This document shows, in pieces, positions 1 through 8,615 of a DNA stretch of 64,000 bases. A model generated the notes under the pieces. That model was not told the origin of the DNA. It ran no database searches and saw nothing but the letters and a program-made list of their open reading frames with translations. This stretch comes from Escherichia phage vB_Eco_F22. Position numbers and translations under genes: made by a program. How positions within the stretch are numbered: position 1 is the first letter of the stretch; each line of letters opens with the position of its first letter. The stretch lies in sequence record OP870143.1; one strand, 5' to 3'.

Positions 1-1
1 C

Positions 2-67
2 TCTGCTGGTAAGCTGGATGACAGCCTTTGGCAGGACATCCTTGAAACAGATTATGCATTAAGTTAA
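2..67 (+). CDS. 3' end of an upstream gene running off the window (partial CDS)
   Basis: Open frame from the window edge to TAA at 65-67, followed directly by a terminator hairpin. Confidence 0.25.
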   Translation, partial: SAGKLDDSLWQDILETDYALS

Positions 68-73
68 TAAACT

Positions 74-109
74 GGCCTCATACCTTCGGGTATGGGGCTT
101 TTATTTTTT
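74..109 (+). terminator. Rho-independent terminator
   Basis: Hairpin gcctcatacc-ttcg-ggtatgggg followed by cttttattttttg. Confidence 0.6.
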
Positions 110-111
110 GC

Positions 112-309
112 TTGGAGGTAGTCAACATGCCAGACATCTATGATGTTATTACTAAAACCGTACTGATAGTTTTATCTGCTATTGTGATACTCACTATAGT
201 TAACGCCCACAAATCCAAGTTTGCTTATTGCTACTATGGAGCATACTCTGCCGGATGTTTTGTATTAGCCGGTTGGATAGCTTACTGGATTTACCACATC
301 AACAACTAG
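112..309 (+). CDS. small hydrophobic membrane protein
   Basis: 65-aa ORF with two hydrophobic segments, bracketed by terminators. Confidence 0.5.
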   Translation: MEVVNMPDIYDVITKTVLIVLSAIVILTIVNAHKSKFAYCYYGAYSAGCFVLAGWIAYWIYHINN

Positions 310-337
310 CCACCCTCAAGGGTGGCTTTCTTTTTTA
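308..337 (+). terminator. Rho-independent terminator
   Basis: Hairpin agccaccc-tcaa-gggtggct followed by ttcttttttat. Confidence 0.65.
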
Positions 338-383
338 TCAGCCTTCATAATGATTAGGCATATTTACTCAAGAGGATACATAC

Positions 384-1217
384 ATGCCAACCCTAAAGAT
401 TGCGTTTAATAAAACTACCAACGTTGCTACCGTGCTTGATTCAGGTGGCAGTGTTCCAGGTGGTTCCGTGGAAGTAGGTACTTTTGAACATCCAGATGCC
501 ACTTACCCTGATAGCTTAGTTATCTATCACGGTGTTCGTGACCTGTTGTATAAACGTTCTGCTAAAAACCCTGCTGAAGAAGGCTTCTGGCCTGACAACA
601 TCGTGGATATGCAATCGGTCACTATCGACATGCAAGCTACTCCACGACTGACTGTTGCTACCAAACTGCCTCGTGTAGTCTCTGCCATCGAAGGAGTAGA
701 TGTTAACTGGCATATTGATGTAGCAGGTGGTAAAGCACCATTTACTTATAAGTGGCAATTCAAAGCTGATACTGCTGGTGCAGTATTCACTGATATTGAT
801 TCTGGTGATAACGCATCTGCTATCACTGCAACATTGACCCTTAGTAACGTAACAGCTGCTTCTGCCGGTACTTATAAAGTGATTGTTACTGATGCTAATG
901 GAACCACGGTAGAAGATACCTCGTTGCTGGCTGTAGGTTACTACGAAGCAAGTTCACTGGTAGCTACTCCTACTTCACTGGCTCTGTCTGTTGCTGAAGA
1001 TCTCGCCGCTGGCAAGACTGTAACCATTGCTGCTATGCCTGTTGGTTCATCTGCTGGTACTTTGTCTATCAAGACTGCTCCAGATTCTGCCCGTGCTACA
1101 GCTACCATTGCTGGTAACGTACTGACAGTTAAACCTGTGGCTGCTGGTGATGCTACTTCTGTTGTAGTTACCAACGGTACTGTCGATGTAACCATCGCTG
1201 TTACTGTTGCAGAGTAA
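384..1217 (+). CDS. Ig-like domain protein, possibly a capsid decoration protein (N4 gp17-like by position)
   Basis: 277-aa ORF, Thr/Ala/Val-rich beta-strand composition with Ig-like repeats (KAPFTYKWQF...TYKVIVTDANG); the decoration-protein assignment is inference from N4 gene order. Confidence 0.5.
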   Translation: MPTLKIAFNKTTNVATVLDSGGSVPGGSVEVGTFEHPDATYPDSLVIYHGVRDLLYKRSAKNPAEEGFWPDNIVDMQSVTIDMQATPRLTVATKLPRVVSAIEGVDVNWHIDVAGGKAPFTYKWQFKADTAGAVFTDIDSGDNASAITATLTLSNVTAASAGTYKVIVTDANGTTVEDTSLLAVGYYEASSLVATPTSLALSVAEDLAAGKTVTIAAMPVGSSAGTLSIKTAPDSARATATIAGNVLTVKPVAAGDATSVVVTNGTVDVTIAVTVAE

Positions 1218-1278
1218 GGGTATCCCTTATTTGGGGTTATAAACCCCGAAAGGAAACCCTCAAGTTTGGCCTCCCTAT

Positions 1279-1308
1279 TGAAGGGAGGTCTTTTTTTGAC
1301 TATTGTTT
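1279..1308 (+). terminator. Rho-independent terminator
   Basis: Hairpin ggcctccct-attgaa-gggaggtc followed by ttttttt. Confidence 0.65.
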
Positions 1309-1354
1309 GTCTGTTATATGAATATGTATCAATCTACTAACTAAGAAGGTAACT

Positions 1355-1615
1355 ATGCGTAAAATTGCTATTGGATTCGGTTGTAGTGCTGTTACGGGCC
1401 TTATCGCTTATGCTGCCCACGTAATCTTGGGTATGTCACTGATTGACCTGACACCGGTCATGGTAGCTGCTATCGCAGCCCCACTATTTGGTATCGTAGT
1501 CTTTGACTTTAAAGCATTCAGCCGTGCTGCTGCTGAAGTAAGCAATCTAATCCTGGGCCGACTTGGACATCGTTCCTTTGGTTCTGGTAGTCTATGCCGA
1601 CCTCATGGTCTGTAA
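1355..1615 (+). CDS. small membrane protein
   Basis: 86-aa ORF with hydrophobic helices; AAGG Shine-Dalgarno upstream. Confidence 0.5.
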   Translation: MRKIAIGFGCSAVTGLIAYAAHVILGMSLIDLTPVMVAAIAAPLFGIVVFDFKAFSRAAAEVSNLILGRLGHRSFGSGSLCRPHGL

Positions 1616-1635
1616 AGTATAAACTGATAGATAAA

Positions 1636-1660
1636 CCCCAGCATTGACTGGGGTTTTTTG
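1636..1660 (+). terminator. Rho-independent terminator
   Basis: Hairpin ccccag-cattga-ctgggg followed by ttttttg. Confidence 0.6.
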
Positions 1661-1675
1661 CATCTGGAGCCAGGA

Positions 1676-1865
1676 AATGTATAAAGAGATTGCATTCTTC
1701 TCGTTCTTGTTAGGAGGGTTAATTGGTGCAGGAATTGTAGCTATTTCTAATACCTACTTTGGTTCTACTCCAAACTCTGTAACACAAACCCACAAGCATG
1801 AATGTGAATTGAATATCCCTCGTAATCAAAACTGCGTAATGCAGTTCGTACCGGAGAAGAAATGA
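1676..1865 (+). CDS. small membrane protein (start moved to the ATG after the terminator)
   Basis: The track ORF 1644..1865 begins inside the terminator; ATG at 1676 is preceded by ggagccaggaa; hydrophobic N-terminus. Confidence 0.45.
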
Positions 1866-2047
1866 AACTTACCCAGTCCCAAGTAATATTCCTTCGCATG
1901 GTTCAAGGTGGTTCTGCCACCAGCAACCGTAATAACAAAACCGCACAGTCTCTTAAGAAGCTGGGCTTAGTACAGTTCAATACTGGTCTTGGGTGGTCAT
2001 TAACCCCTACCGGAGTAATTCAACTCAACGAATTAAAAGGTAACTAA
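1862..2047 (+). CDS. hypothetical protein
   Basis: 61-aa ORF whose start overlaps the stop of the previous gene (ATGA). Confidence 0.4.
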   Translation: MKLTQSQVIFLRMVQGGSATSNRNNKTAQSLKKLGLVQFNTGLGWSLTPTGVIQLNELKGN

Positions 2048-2374
2048 ATGAAAACTTTAATTGCTGTTGCTGTAGTAGCTTTATCAGTTCTGTCATTCGG
2101 TGCTCAAGCATCTAGTCGTGCAACCTTGCTGGAAGCTGCTGCTGATTACAAAGCTAATAATACAAACTTTGTGAACCAGGGTTACTTCATGGGCATGGTT
2201 ACCATGGGGGTGGAAGCAGGAAAGAACTGTGTACCTGACGATATGAAGTTAGGGCACATTTTTGACAGAGTGGCTTCTATTATTCTGTATGACCGAAAGG
2301 TTAATGCAATGAAAGTACCTTCAGACATGGTTCTGTTAGCGATTGATACAGCGTATCCCTGCGTTAAATCTTAA
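2048..2374 (+). CDS. small secreted/periplasmic protein with signal peptide
   Basis: N-terminus MKTLIAVAVVALSVLSFGAQA-SS is a Sec signal peptide with an AxA cleavage motif. Confidence 0.55.
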   Translation: MKTLIAVAVVALSVLSFGAQASSRATLLEAAADYKANNTNFVNQGYFMGMVTMGVEAGKNCVPDDMKLGHIFDRVASIILYDRKVNAMKVPSDMVLLAIDTAYPCVKS

Positions 2375-2408
2375 TTAGTAATTCCATTAACTTTAGGAGA
2401 GTAAGTAA

Positions 2409-3461
2409 ATGGCGAGCATTGACTCCTTGACTGTATGTAATACACGCCAAGCCCGTAACTTTATTATCCGTGCCTTACAAGCAGGTAACGTACCGTTCCT
2501 GACTTCATCGCCGGGCATGGGTAAATCTGCAATTATCCGTTCTGTTGCAGAAGAATTTGGCATGAAGCTGATTGACCATCGTCTATCTACTTCTGCCCCG
2601 GAAGACTTATCTGGTCTACCATTCCGTAATGGTGACCGTGCAGAGTTTATCCCTTTCGCTGACTTATTCCCTATTGAGGGTGACGAAGTACCGGAAGGTT
2701 ATAATGGCTGGCTCCTGTTCCTTGATGAGTTCAACTCAGCTAAGAAAGAAGTAGTAGCTGCTGCATATAAACTGATTCTAGACCGTATGACTGGACAGAA
2801 AAAACTTCACCCCAACGTGATGATTATCTGTGCCGGTAATAAAGCTACTGACCGTGCTATCGTTAACCCTCTAGGTACTGCAATGCAGTCCCGTGTTGTC
2901 CACTTCGAAATGGAACTTAACTTCGACATCTTTGTTGAAGACGTAATGATTCCACAAGAATGGGATGAGCGTCTGGTTGCATTTTTACATGCTAACCCAG
3001 GTTATCTGCACGACTTCGACCCTGCCCATAAGAACAAAACATTCTGTTGCCCTCGTACCTGGGACTTTGTTAATAAAGACCTCAAGAACCGACCAGAAGG
3101 TGCTTTGCCTGATGAAGATTCTATCTACTATGCAGGTCACGTTACTGCTGGTAAAGCTACAGAATTTGTTCAGTTCACCCAGGTATACAATCGTATGATT
3201 ACGATTGAGAAGGTAGTCAAAGACCCATTGGGCTGTGCACTACCGGAGGATAATAACCTGTGTTGGGCTACCGTTAACCACCTGGCTAACAAGACTACTG
3301 AAGATAACTTCGCTGATGTACTTAAGTACATTGAACGCTTTAAAACGTTCACCCATAAGATTCTGTACTTCCGTACAGTAGGCAAAGCATTACCAGAAAT
3401 TCAGGCTACCCCTGAATGGCGTAAGGCTGCTGCTAATATCTCTCGTTACATTCACGGATAA
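2409..3461 (+). CDS. MoxR-like AAA+ ATPase
   Basis: Walker A SSPGMGKSAI, Walker B LLFLDEFN, sensor-1-like CAGNK; GGAG RBS upstream. Confidence 0.85.
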   Translation: MASIDSLTVCNTRQARNFIIRALQAGNVPFLTSSPGMGKSAIIRSVAEEFGMKLIDHRLSTSAPEDLSGLPFRNGDRAEFIPFADLFPIEGDEVPEGYNGWLLFLDEFNSAKKEVVAAAYKLILDRMTGQKKLHPNVMIICAGNKATDRAIVNPLGTAMQSRVVHFEMELNFDIFVEDVMIPQEWDERLVAFLHANPGYLHDFDPAHKNKTFCCPRTWDFVNKDLKNRPEGALPDEDSIYYAGHVTAGKATEFVQFTQVYNRMITIEKVVKDPLGCALPEDNNLCWATVNHLANKTTEDNFADVLKYIERFKTFTHKILYFRTVGKALPEIQATPEWRKAAANISRYIHG

Positions 3462-3468
3462 TCACAAC

Positions 3469-4644
3469 ATGAACCAGATACCTCAGCACACACTTAGTGA
3501 TGAACAACTCATGCGTGAGTATGACCGTATTCAGGCCAAAGCCTTTCTCGGACGTAGTGCAGCGTTTTTTGGTTCATTGCTGTGTAGTCTTAAGTTCTCA
3601 TGGAAACGTGAAGACTGTCCTACCGCATGTACTGATGGGATAGAACTGCATTTCAACCCAGACTTCTTTATCTGGATGTGTCCTGATGCAAGAGAAACAG
3701 TATTAATGCACGAGCTATGGCATGTGGCATATCTACATGACATCCGTCGTGGAAGCCGTGACCCAGAAGTCTGGAACCAGGCTTGTGACCACTTCATTAA
3801 CCTTCAGTTAGAAGAAGATGGTTACAAGTTCACTGGTATCGACGAAGGTATTTGTAAAGACCCTCAATATAAAGGATGGGTCGAAGAAGACATCTACGAT
3901 GACCTGATGAAGAACCCTCAGAAAAGGCAGAAGCCGTCAGGGGGTGCTGGAGCAGGTCTTGCTGGCGACATGAAATCCCCCACTTCGGGACAGTCCCAGG
4001 GTGCTGTCGTCAATAACGTAGTACGTGCAATGCAAAGCCAGAAGATGGCTGGTGGACAGATGCCTGGTAAAGGTGCTGGTCGTATGGAAGAGGTCATTAC
4101 CCAATTCCTTAAACCAGTGGTTCCTTGGCAGGAAGTTCTGATGAACTTCTTTACCGACATTGATGACACACATTATACGTGGGCCAGACCTAATCGTCGT
4201 TACACTGACATCTATCTACCTTCACTGGAAGATGATGAAGGACGTCTACGTCACTTAGCCTACTTTGAGGATGTATCTGGTTCCATCAGTAGTGCTGACT
4301 CTCTGCGTTTTAACTCAGAGGTTGCCTACGTTAAGAGCCAGTTCAATCCTAAGAAGATGTCCCTAATTACCTTCGACGATATTATCCAGGAAGAAATAGA
4401 CATCACTGAAGAAGATACTTTTGAAGAGATTAAGATTACAGGTCGTGGTGGTACAAACCTTGAACCAGTACGCGAATGGATTATTAAGAATAAGCCAACC
4501 GCTGCAATCATATTCTCCGATATGTATGTTCGTCCAATGGAAGAATTGCCATTTGATATTTCCATCATCTGGTGTGTTCTGAATAATCCCAATGCTACCG
4601 TACCTTTTGGGGAGGTAGTTCATATCCCTAAAGGAATGAAATAA
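3469..4644 (+). CDS. VWA-domain protein with N-terminal HExxH metallopeptidase-like motif (MoxR partner)
   Basis: HELWH zinc-binding motif and MIDAS-like DVSGS in the C-terminal half; immediately downstream of the AAA gene. Confidence 0.75.
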   Translation: MNQIPQHTLSDEQLMREYDRIQAKAFLGRSAAFFGSLLCSLKFSWKREDCPTACTDGIELHFNPDFFIWMCPDARETVLMHELWHVAYLHDIRRGSRDPEVWNQACDHFINLQLEEDGYKFTGIDEGICKDPQYKGWVEEDIYDDLMKNPQKRQKPSGGAGAGLAGDMKSPTSGQSQGAVVNNVVRAMQSQKMAGGQMPGKGAGRMEEVITQFLKPVVPWQEVLMNFFTDIDDTHYTWARPNRRYTDIYLPSLEDDEGRLRHLAYFEDVSGSISSADSLRFNSEVAYVKSQFNPKKMSLITFDDIIQEEIDITEEDTFEEIKITGRGGTNLEPVREWIIKNKPTAAIIFSDMYVRPMEELPFDISIIWCVLNNPNATVPFGEVVHIPKGMK

Positions 4645-5150
4645 TGGTTGTTAATGGTAATTCTCTATATCGCTCATCTCAGTTGCTGGATGTTCCAGAC
4701 CATAAGGTATCTGAACATGGTGTAAGCTATGGATTAGGTGAAGCTGGCTACGATATTCGTATCAAACAGGACATTACCTTCTATCACTTATTTGGGTTGA
4801 TTCCAATGGTGAAGGTCGTTGATGGAAATCAAGTATCACGCCATTTCGGTAAGTTCACATTGGCTTCAGCAATTGAGAAGTTCAACATGTCCCCTTCCTG
4901 TGTAGCTATCGTTCACGATAAGTCTACATGGGCAAGACGTGCATTATCAGTGTTCAATACCGTAATAGAACCAGGATGGAAAGGGTATTTGACTCTTGAA
5001 CTGGTCTATCATGGTCGTAAGAAACTACATATCCCGGCTGGTGCTGGGATAGCTCAAGTATTATTTCATCTGGTTCAGGAACCTGCTAATTACAACGGCA
5101 AGTATCAGAACCAGGAAAATCAACCAGTAGCTGCAAGAAGCAGTAAATAA
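4644..5150 (+). CDS. dCTP deaminase / dUTPase-family protein
   Basis: 168 aa with the GEAGYDIR motif typical of the dUTPase/dCTP-deaminase fold; start overlaps the upstream stop (ATAATGG). Confidence 0.6.
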   Translation: MVVNGNSLYRSSQLLDVPDHKVSEHGVSYGLGEAGYDIRIKQDITFYHLFGLIPMVKVVDGNQVSRHFGKFTLASAIEKFNMSPSCVAIVHDKSTWARRALSVFNTVIEPGWKGYLTLELVYHGRKKLHIPAGAGIAQVLFHLVQEPANYNGKYQNQENQPVAARSSK

Positions 5151-5159
5151 GGAAAACTC

Positions 5160-5369
5160 ATGTCAGTATTTCAAGTAACTCATGCAACCTCAGATGTACG
5201 TTTAACCATTAATGCTGCAAATGTAGTTGCAGTGGAACAGATTCCACTGTCTGATTGCGCTCGTATTACACTTGTAAATGAAGGTACTTTGGATACCAAA
5301 GAAAGCTATCGTTCAGTACGTAATTACCTGAAGAAAGCTCTTGCTCCTGCAAGCAAAGATGCTGAGTAA
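5160..5369 (+). CDS. hypothetical protein
   Basis: 69-aa ORF in a tightly packed co-directional gene string. Confidence 0.45.
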   Translation: MSVFQVTHATSDVRLTINAANVVAVEQIPLSDCARITLVNEGTLDTKESYRSVRNYLKKALAPASKDAE

Positions 5370-5442
5370 GTAGCTGCCTAAATAGCCCAGCATAGTTGGG
5401 CTATTTGTGAAGAAACTAACTCAACCCCACATAGGAACTATC

Positions 5443-5703
5443 ATGGAATCTTTAGCAGCAATCCTTATTCTGTTATTTGCACTAGCTGTATACCTTATCC
5501 CTACCATTATTGCTTTTGCACGGGGCCATGCCTCTAAGTGGGGAATTGGTGTACTCAACATCGTATTAGGCTGGTCTTTGGTCTTCTGGGTAGTAGCACT
5601 GATTTGGTCACTGTCTAATAAAGGACAGTCTCAGACTACAATCGTTAACGTTGGTAGTGGGAACCAATACAACGTGTCTCAAACGAGCCAGTCTGATAAG
5701 TAA
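5443..5703 (+). CDS. superinfection-immunity-like small membrane protein (Imm-type motif)
   Basis: Motif IIAFARGH-x5-GIGVLNIVLGWSLVFWVVALIWSL resembles the superinfection-immunity membrane family; ATG at 5443 with AGGAA RBS is preferred over the GTG at 5407. Confidence 0.5.
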   Translation: MESLAAILILLFALAVYLIPTIIAFARGHASKWGIGVLNIVLGWSLVFWVVALIWSLSNKGQSQTTIVNVGSGNQYNVSQTSQSDK

Positions 5704-5777
5704 CTAACCTAAGCATCATTGCATAGTGGTGCTTGTGGAAGTTACTTTCAGCTCATTGCTTATCCATCTCCTAATCC

Positions 5778-5806
5778 AAGCCCACCTAACCCGTGGGCTT
5801 TTTTAA
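5778..5806 (+). terminator. Rho-independent terminator
   Basis: Hairpin aagcccac-ctaaccc-gtgggctt followed by ttttttaatt. Confidence 0.6.
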
Positions 5807-5820
5807 TTACAGGTACTCTT

Positions 5821-6204
5821 ATGTCAAACAGACAAAATGGTAAGTCTATCTTATATGGACTGGACTTAAGTAAACTGGAACAAACTGCAATGCTTACTTT
5901 AGGTAAAACTATACATGACCAAGTAGAGAATGAAATAGAATCAGATGTTTATGCAGCAATGCAAGCTGCTATTCTGAAAGGATGGACTAGTAGATCATTT
6001 AATGTTTTCCCATACATCCCTCCTGAACCTCATCTGAAATCTAAGGTAGACCGTATCATAGATAAGTTCTGGCTTAGTCCTTGCTATGACGAAATGCATC
6101 TTTACCTGGCTCAAATACAAAAGAATCCACGTACTAAGGATTTGTTCAAAGGCAAGAGCACTACCCATCATTACCCTTGGTATAGAAGAGGTAGTAAATA
6201 CTAA
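5821..6204 (+). CDS. hypothetical protein
   Basis: The track ORF 5719..6204 reads through the terminator; ATG at 5821 (MSNRQNGKS...) lies just after it. Confidence 0.5.
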   Translation: MSNRQNGKSILYGLDLSKLEQTAMLTLGKTIHDQVENEIESDVYAAMQAAILKGWTSRSFNVFPYIPPEPHLKSKVDRIIDKFWLSPCYDEMHLYLAQIQKNPRTKDLFKGKSTTHHYPWYRRGSKY

Positions 6205-6647
6205 TGCGTATCCCATTCCTAAGAAAAAGGGAACGAAATCCTGTTCTTTATAATAAAGGCATAGAGGATGAGTACGAACTTAACCGTAAGGCCCGTTCCT
6301 ACGCAGCAAAATTATTAATGGGGGCTACCAACCCTGATAGATTACTGGACTTTGTTTTCGAACAAGTCTTTATCATATACAGCTTAGCTATGTCTGCTGG
6401 TTCACAAGAAGTAAGTGATAAGGCAAGAGATGCTCTCTGTATGCTCCGTAAAGAGTATGAAGCCCTCATGTATGAAGACTTGTACTCCTTTAAAAAAGAA
6501 ACCGCTGTAGCGTGTTCTGTGGCTCTTACTGAAGGTATAGCAGTATTACAGGAACTACCACGTAGTGAGTTTAAACTGGTATATGTTCAGGCCAAGAGGA
6601 TTACAGAAAGCCGTAGTGGTATTACCAACTATCTAAGGTCATTCTAA
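6204..6647 (+). CDS. hypothetical protein
   Basis: 147-aa ORF with start/stop overlap to neighbours (translational coupling). Confidence 0.5.
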   Translation: MRIPFLRKRERNPVLYNKGIEDEYELNRKARSYAAKLLMGATNPDRLLDFVFEQVFIIYSLAMSAGSQEVSDKARDALCMLRKEYEALMYEDLYSFKKETAVACSVALTEGIAVLQELPRSEFKLVYVQAKRITESRSGITNYLRSF

Positions 6648-7591
6648 TGATTAAGGCAACTGTCATTGCAGATTCCGTTCATCATGCAACGGGTACTCGT
6701 ATTACTACCTTTGAATTGGTCTATCCCCGATTCATTCACAGTGAGTTTATGACCCACCGTGTATTCAACCGAAATGCTTCAAGTAGTCGTGCTATCCCTA
6801 CTTCTAAGTTCATCGAACAAGTTCGTAATGAACCAGTGATGCCAAGTCACTGGGGCAAGAACCAGAAGGGTATGCAGGCATTTGAGGAACTGTCCGAAGA
6901 CCAACGTAGTGATGCAATCTTTATCTGGAACCAGGCTGCGTCAAGTGCTGCTACCTATGCGGAAATGCTTCGTCGTGGACAAGTTCATAAGCAGATTGTT
7001 AACCGTATTCTGGAACCATTCACACATATCCGTGTAGTGGTAACTTCAACTAGCTGGGCTAATTTCTATGGCTTACGTGACCATGAAGATGCCCAACCAG
7101 AGATTCGTGAATTAGCTCAAGCAATGCGTAAGGCTCATAATGAAAGCACTCCAAGAGCACTCCCACAAGGGGAATGGCATTTACCGTATATTGCTCATAT
7201 TGATCGTGTCGGGGCTTATAATTACTGCAAACATCAGCGAATTACTCGTGATGAACCAAGTAGTGAAGAAGTGTATGGCTTACTTCTTAAGGTAAGTGCT
7301 GCTCGTTGTGCTCGTGCTTCTTACAACAATTTTGAAGGCCGTCCTTCTACTATTGAAGAAGACTTAGGATTGTTTGCTAAGTTAGTAGAGAACCAACCTA
7401 TTCATGCATCCCCTACAGAACACCAGGCAACTCCTATGCTGTTCGGTGATAAGTTCATTAACAACCAGAACCCATTAACCTGGGAACAGGGTGTTACTTC
7501 AATGGATCGTGAAGGTAATCTGTATTCAGGTAACCTGTTAGATTTCATCCAATTCCGTAAACTAATCCCCGGAGAAACAATTACAGAATGA
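6647..7591 (+). CDS. thyX: flavin-dependent thymidylate synthase
   Basis: ThyX-like signature FMTHRVFNRNASSSRAIP (HR-x7-S-x-SR), 314 aa. Confidence 0.7.
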   Translation: MIKATVIADSVHHATGTRITTFELVYPRFIHSEFMTHRVFNRNASSSRAIPTSKFIEQVRNEPVMPSHWGKNQKGMQAFEELSEDQRSDAIFIWNQAASSAATYAEMLRRGQVHKQIVNRILEPFTHIRVVVTSTSWANFYGLRDHEDAQPEIRELAQAMRKAHNESTPRALPQGEWHLPYIAHIDRVGAYNYCKHQRITRDEPSSEEVYGLLLKVSAARCARASYNNFEGRPSTIEEDLGLFAKLVENQPIHASPTEHQATPMLFGDKFINNQNPLTWEQGVTSMDREGNLYSGNLLDFIQFRKLIPGETITE

Positions 7592-7824
7592 AACGTTTAG
7601 CTATCCAAGCCCTGTTTATAAGTATCATCCTGGTTCTGGAATTTGTATTTGCACTGCATGGTGCACAGAGCCTAGAAGAGATGTTCTTCGTAGTAGCCCG
7701 TTTTTCTGCATGTGTTCTTAGCTTATGGTGTGTGTATTACTATGCACGCGATTATGTAGCCATCAAGGAACAGGATGATGCTAAGGAACGTCTATTACAA
7801 TTCGTAGAACAGAATCGTAAGTAA
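7588..7824 (+). CDS. small membrane protein
   Basis: 78 aa with hydrophobic N-terminal helices; start overlaps thyX stop (ATGA). Confidence 0.5.
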   Translation: MKRLAIQALFISIILVLEFVFALHGAQSLEEMFFVVARFSACVLSLWCVYYYARDYVAIKEQDDAKERLLQFVEQNRK

Positions 7825-7829
7825 ACCTA

Positions 7830-7857
7830 AGACCTCCTCCGGGAGGTCTTTTTTTGG
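7830..7857 (+). terminator. Rho-independent terminator
   Basis: Hairpin agacctcc-tccg-ggaggtct followed by ttttttt. Confidence 0.7.
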
Positions 7858-7884
7858 TTTCAATTAACTCTTTTAGGGGGGCAT

Positions 7885-8097
7885 ATGCCTGCTAAATACC
7901 GTATCAAAGACACTCCACTAATGTGTGAGGGTGAGAAGGGTGACATTGTATATGCCTGTATCCAGGATGATTTCAATGCTGCTCTGATGTTAACCCAAAT
8001 GACAAATACACTGCATGTATCAGTAACACTGGACCCTACCGGTGACTATCCATGCTTCCCTATCCCTGCCCATAACCTGGAGCAAATCCATGATTAA
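7885..8097 (+). CDS. hypothetical protein
   Basis: 70-aa ORF with GGGGGG/RBS-like sequence upstream. Confidence 0.45.
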   Translation: MPAKYRIKDTPLMCEGEKGDIVYACIQDDFNAALMLTQMTNTLHVSVTLDPTGDYPCFPIPAHNLEQIHD

Positions 8098-8404
8098 TCC
8101 TGAAGTTATTCATAGTAAAACTGGTAAGGCTATTCCACTTAGTGATATTGCAGTTACCGGTGATATTGCTGCTTGTCCGGCTAACATCGCTTCCCTGTGT
8201 ATGTGCATTGCTGCACTAGCAGAGGAACGTAAATTATGGCTGGAACCAAGCAAAGAAATGGTACTAGCTGGCATGTCTGAACTGAATGCACTTCTGAAAG
8301 AAATGTATGACGAGGATGGTCAATTAGTTGAGCCAACTGATGACCAGATTTCTGATGCTGTAGTATTTATCCTTCAAGCAATGGCAGGTAAACGTAATGG
8401 CTAA
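8090..8404 (+). CDS. hypothetical protein
   Basis: ATG at 8090 with GGAG RBS; overlaps the previous stop (ATGATTAA). Confidence 0.45.
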   Translation: MINPEVIHSKTGKAIPLSDIAVTGDIAACPANIASLCMCIAALAEERKLWLEPSKEMVLAGMSELNALLKEMYDEDGQLVEPTDDQISDAVVFILQAMAGKRNG

Positions 8405-8588
8405 TGTAAATATCGCCTCAGAGAAAACATATAGCATTCAAATTAATGGCTTAACAGAATATCAGGTCTTATTCCTAATGAATGCTTTTCAAAACAGTCC
8501 AGTGGGTCACCATCCTAATGATGAACCACGGGAAGAAGCTGAGCTTCGTAAAGCTATTTTTGATAAGTGTAAACAAGTACTACTTTAA
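8397..8588 (+). CDS. hypothetical protein
   Basis: 63-aa ORF overlapping the upstream stop. Confidence 0.4.
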   Translation: MANVNIASEKTYSIQINGLTEYQVLFLMNAFQNSPVGHHPNDEPREEAELRKAIFDKCKQVLL

Positions 8589-8615
8589 GCAACATTTAAA
8601 CTGGAGAGTAAATAA

